From a virus (taxonomy: Duplodnaviria > Caudoviricetes): a DNA stretch of 27,895 bases. The position numbers and the translations under genes were made by a program. Below the pieces are notes generated by a model that worked only from the letters and a program-made list of their open reading frames with translations, did not search any database and was not told the origin of the DNA. Location: the IMG/VR virus record IMGVR_UViG_3300017785_009800, positions 1-27,895 of that record; one strand, written 5' to 3'. Below, in pieces: positions 25,244 through 27,895 of this stretch; within the stretch, counting starts at the first letter, position 1; each line of letters opens with the position of its first letter.

Positions 25244-26179
25244 TTAATTGAATGTAATTGTGCCAGAGCTTGTGAAGGTATACACAGTTTCTGAACCAAC
25301 TGTAGTGACTGAAACTGTACCTGTTGTAGATGCATTAATAGTATTTGCAAATCTCAATATAACTATACCCTGGGTACCACCTCCTCCTTCTTGTCCGGTA
25401 AGGTCAAGACAATCAGTGGAATAATAAGGAGCATTTACACCTCCATTACCCCCACCTCCATAAGATCCTTTACTACCTGCATTACCCCTGGTGCATCTCT
25501 GCCCGCTACGCGCGGGGGGTTGACAAAGAACTGCACCATTTCCCCCTTCAGCATACAATACAGAAGAACCAGTTATATCGCTATATCTTCCAGATCCCCC
25601 TGTAGTACCACTCGCACTACCTCCAGCTCCCCCTCCTCCACCAGAATAGCAACTACCATCTGTTGTACCATATGTACCCCCTACACCATTACCTCCTTGA
25701 GAACCGGTTCCTGCTCCACTACCGGTACTATCACAATTACTCCAACCACCTCCACCTCCTCCTCCGCTACCACCGCTAGCAGCATTAAAACTCCTACCTC
25801 CACCGTATCCGCCCCCGTAACCTATTAAACCGTTAAATGAAGAATTGCCTCCTCCACCGCCACCAACAGTCACGTTATAAGTTACATTATAATCTAAAGT
25901 AACAGATGAATTATCTACAAAACCACCACCCCCTCCTCCTCCTCCTACTACAGAATATCTAATACAATTACCACAATTTCTACCCCCTACCCCGGTAGCA
26001 CCAGTCCCCCCGCCTCCAATTAATAATACACGGCTTGTAAATTGAGATTGATAAAATTTAGTCCAAACACCATTTTTGTTTATCCATCCTGTTTGTACGG
26101 ATTTCCACGTACCGTTATCATTAACACTAAATCTCTTTACTGTCTTCCAGGTACCGTTATCATTAACTGAAAATGCCAT
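25244..26179 (-). CDS. Gly-rich adhesin (MAFSVND family, copy 4)
   Basis: Same N- and C-modules as copy 2, divergent Cys-rich core. Confidence 0.8.
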   Translation of the reverse strand: MAFSVNDNGTWKTVKRFSVNDNGTWKSVQTGWINKNGVWTKFYQSQFTSRVLLIGGGGTGATGVGGRNCGNCIRYSVVGGGGGGGGFVDNSSVTLDYNVTYNVTVGGGGGGNSSFNGLIGYGGGYGGGRSFNAASGGSGGGGGGGWSNCDSTGSGAGTGSQGGNGVGGTYGTTDGSCYSGGGGGAGGSASGTTGGSGRYSDITGSSVLYAEGGNGAVLCQPPARSGQRCTRGNAGSKGSYGGGGNGGVNAPYYSTDCLDLTGQEGGGGTQGIVILRFANTINASTTGTVSVTTVGSETVYTFTSSGTITFN

Positions 26180-26191
26180 AAAGCATTTTCA

Positions 26192-26422
26192 TTATACCTG
26201 GTACCATATATCACCGCTAGAACCACCAGCAGGAGTACCAGTAGAAATGGTCTTTGCTCCTGATGCATTAGTTCCTATAGAAGGCTTTCCGGTTACTGAA
26301 TTCCATGCTACGGGAAGATTGGTAATAGTTGATTTGTATGTGGTTGTACCATCGGAATAAGGAACAACTCCTGTTCCCGCGGGTGTACCTGCATTTAGAT
26401 CTGAGATTGTTACGTCGGCCAT
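26192..26422 (-). CDS. mini fibre/adaptor (MADV family, copy 6)
   Basis: MADVTISDL; WNSVTGKP; ends TISTGTPAGGSSGDIWYQV; TAAATA-N7-ATG. Confidence 0.75.
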   Translation of the reverse strand: MADVTISDLNAGTPAGTGVVPYSDGTTTYKSTITNLPVAWNSVTGKPSIGTNASGAKTISTGTPAGGSSGDIWYQV

Positions 26423-26432
26423 ATAATAATAT

Positions 26433-26624
26433 TTATTCTCTTGGTAATAAACATTCTGATATTATACACATAAAATGTGCTTTTAATGCAGTTTTTTGAC
26501 ACTCTGAACAGCCTGTAGAATTTAGATTCTCTAGAGCAATTCTGTAATCATTTCTCAATACCTCGCAATCTCTGATGCTGCAATCACAAGGAATCTCTAG
26601 ATTAAAGAACTCCTCCACACTCAT
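26433..26624 (-). CDS. small Cys-rich protein
   Basis: 63 aa with CDC, CSEC and further Cys. Confidence 0.65.
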   Translation of the reverse strand: MSVEEFFNLEIPCDCSIRDCEVLRNDYRIALENLNSTGCSECQKTALKAHFMCIISECLLPRE

Positions 26625-26625
26625 A

Positions 26626-27405
26626 TTAACACCTAGAACCTCTCACATCTCCAGCCAGCGTGTAAGAATTTCCGTTCGCTATAATTGCGCATCCGCCTGG
26701 ACCTCCGATGCCTGTTCTTCCTACTAATGTCATAGAATTACCTCCTGCCGCTCCTAGCCCTCCACCTGGTCCTCCATACCAGTAATATCCTCCATAACAT
26801 CTTCCTGCAACACAGCATTGAGCATTTGCTCCTCCACTGGCCAATCCTCCTGCAGAAGCTCGGCCTCCTGCTGCTCCATAACCAGCTCCTCCTCCTCCTC
26901 CTGCATCACATCCACTGTAGCTTATTCCTCCACCGCCTCCGCCACCCCCTCCAACTGTTCCATTGTTTATAATTGTTAATGCCTTGCTTAAGCCAATAGC
27001 TGGACCGCCTCCGCCTCCATTGCCTCCTCCTGCACCTCCTCTGCCAACAACATACACACCTCCATTGATGGTCAGAGTCAATGTTACATCTTCTTCTGGC
27101 CAGGATCCCGTTTGTAGTGCATATGCTCCTGTGCTTGATGCCAATGCATTGCCAGCTAAAATGAAACTAATACTTGATCCAGCGGGACTGGCGTTTCCAT
27201 TCACATTGTTATACTCAGTACGTAAATTAATATCAGTTCCTCCAGCTAAAGTTATTTGCGTAATAATAATAATATCATCATAAAACTTAGTCCATACACC
27301 ATCTTTATTAATCCAACCCGATTTTACAGTCTTCCATGTGCCATCATTGACACTGAGTTTCTTTACTGTTTTCCAAGTGCCGTTGTCATTGACTGAGAAT
27401 GCCAT
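26626..27405 (-). CDS. Gly-rich tail-fibre tip adhesin, gp38-like (MAFSVND family, copy 5)
   Basis: Conserved N-module; DINLR, VVGRGGAGG, IINNGTVGGGGGGG; TAAATA-N5-ATG. Confidence 0.8.
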   Translation of the reverse strand: MAFSVNDNGTWKTVKKLSVNDGTWKTVKSGWINKDGVWTKFYDDIIIITQITLAGGTDINLRTEYNNVNGNASPAGSSISFILAGNALASSTGAYALQTGSWPEEDVTLTLTINGGVYVVGRGGAGGGNGGGGGPAIGLSKALTIINNGTVGGGGGGGGGISYSGCDAGGGGGAGYGAAGGRASAGGLASGGANAQCCVAGRCYGGYYWYGGPGGGLGAAGGNSMTLVGRTGIGGPGGCAIIANGNSYTLAGDVRGSRC

Positions 27406-27426
27406 ACCTATATTTATTAAAATATT

Positions 27427-27509
27427 TGGGCAGAAGTGGATTCGAACCTCTGAAGGCGTAAGCCAGAAGATTTACAGTCTTCCCCGTTTGGCCACTTCGG
27501 TATCTGCCC
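27427..27509 (-). tRNA. tRNA-Tyr(GTA)
   Basis: GGGCAGA/TCTGCCC acceptor, GAAGA-CTGTAAA-TCTTC, long V-arm, TTCGAAT; one T-stem mismatch; no CCA. Confidence 0.9.
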
Positions 27510-27511
27510 AT

Positions 27512-27583
27512 CTGTTCGGGTAGGGATCGAACCTACGACCAATGCATTAACAGTGCACCGCTCTACCGCTGAGCTACCGAACA
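27512..27583 (-). tRNA. tRNA-Asn(GTT)
   Basis: TGTTCGG/CCGAACA acceptor, GTGCA-CTGTTAA-TGCAT, TTCGATC. Confidence 0.92.
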
Positions 27584-27588
27584 AAACT

Positions 27589-27676
27589 CGGACAGAGTAG
27601 GATTCGAACCCACGGTACCATTTAAGGCACTTCTGATTTCAAGTCAGATGCAATAGACCAACTCTGCCATCTGTCC
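27589..27676 (-). tRNA. tRNA-Ser(TGA)
   Basis: GGACAGA/TCTGTCC-G, TCTGA-CTTGAAA-TCAGA, long V-arm. Confidence 0.92.
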
Positions 27677-27692
27677 AACATATTATATATCC

Positions 27693-27766
27693 TGCACCTG
27701 GTTGGATTCAAACCAACGCTCTATTGATTAGAAATCAATTGCTTTATTCAACTAAGCTACAGGTGC
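27693..27766 (-). tRNA. tRNA-Arg(TCT)
   Basis: GCACCTG/CAGGTGC, ATTGA-TTTCTAA-TCAAT; atypical T-loop TTTGAAT and D-loop GA. Confidence 0.8.
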
Positions 27767-27774
27767 AGTAAGAT

Positions 27775-27868
27775 TGGTACCTCCGATAGGATTTGAACCT
27801 ATATTGCGCTCACATCTAGAGCTTCACGAGTATAAATCGTGGGTCTTAACCAGTTAGACGACGGAGGC
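27775..27868 (-). tRNA. tRNA with TAT anticodon (nominal Ile-UAU) and long variable arm
   Basis: GCCTCCG/CGGAGGT-ACCA, CACGA-TTTATAC-TCGTG, V-arm GCTC-TAGATGT-GAGC, TTCAAAT. Confidence 0.8.
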
Positions 27869-27895
27869 ATAAACCTCCTATCGTATTCGAATAAC

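Noticed and set aside
10158-27283. Many plus-strand Pro-rich ORFs opposite fibre/adhesin genes (e.g. 10213, 11091, 23759, 25391, 26963)
   Set aside because: Reverse-complement of Gly codons; no start signals.
22877-27405. Diversity-generating retroelement or invertase shufflon
   Set aside because: No reverse transcriptase or recombinase in the window; all copies are full-length and co-oriented; repeat differences are mostly synonymous rather than adenine-specific. Elements outside the window cannot be excluded.
1-27895. Stop-codon reassignment
   Set aside because: Recognisable genes are intact in code 11, TAA, TGA and TAG all end genes, and no suppressor tRNA is seen.
27869-27895. Sixth tRNA at the right edge
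   Set aside because: Contains TTCGAAT, but the flanks do not form a canonical T-stem and the sequence is truncated.

Overview
AT-rich, gene-dense segment of a large lytic dsDNA tailed phage with T4-like (myovirus-style) organisation, standard genetic code, mostly minus-strand genes. The left half is mainly small hypothetical early-type genes, plus a cytidylyltransferase, a 2OG-Fe(II) oxygenase-like gene and a PD-(D/E)XK exonuclease. A PEP-CTERM gene next to a prepilin/H-X9-DG gene points to a Verrucomicrobia/PVC-type host (inference). A heme oxygenase and an S26 peptidase are also present, and a five-tRNA cluster sits at the right edge. Most notable: (1) an apparent modular receptor-binding arsenal of six dispersed small fibre genes sharing an N-terminal 'MADVxIxxL' peptide but with different bodies, and five Gly/Cys-rich adhesin paralogues sharing a 'MAFSVND.GTWKTV' N-module; (2) a ~370-nt highly base-paired non-coding unit with its own promoter and terminator (10512-10947); (3) a strict TAAATA-N5-ATG / TTGAC-N16-YATAAT-N6-ATG architecture implying widespread leaderless mRNAs; (4) two pseudoknot-like 3' elements behind early genes. 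All functional calls come from motif recognition by eye; no database searches or folding programs were run.
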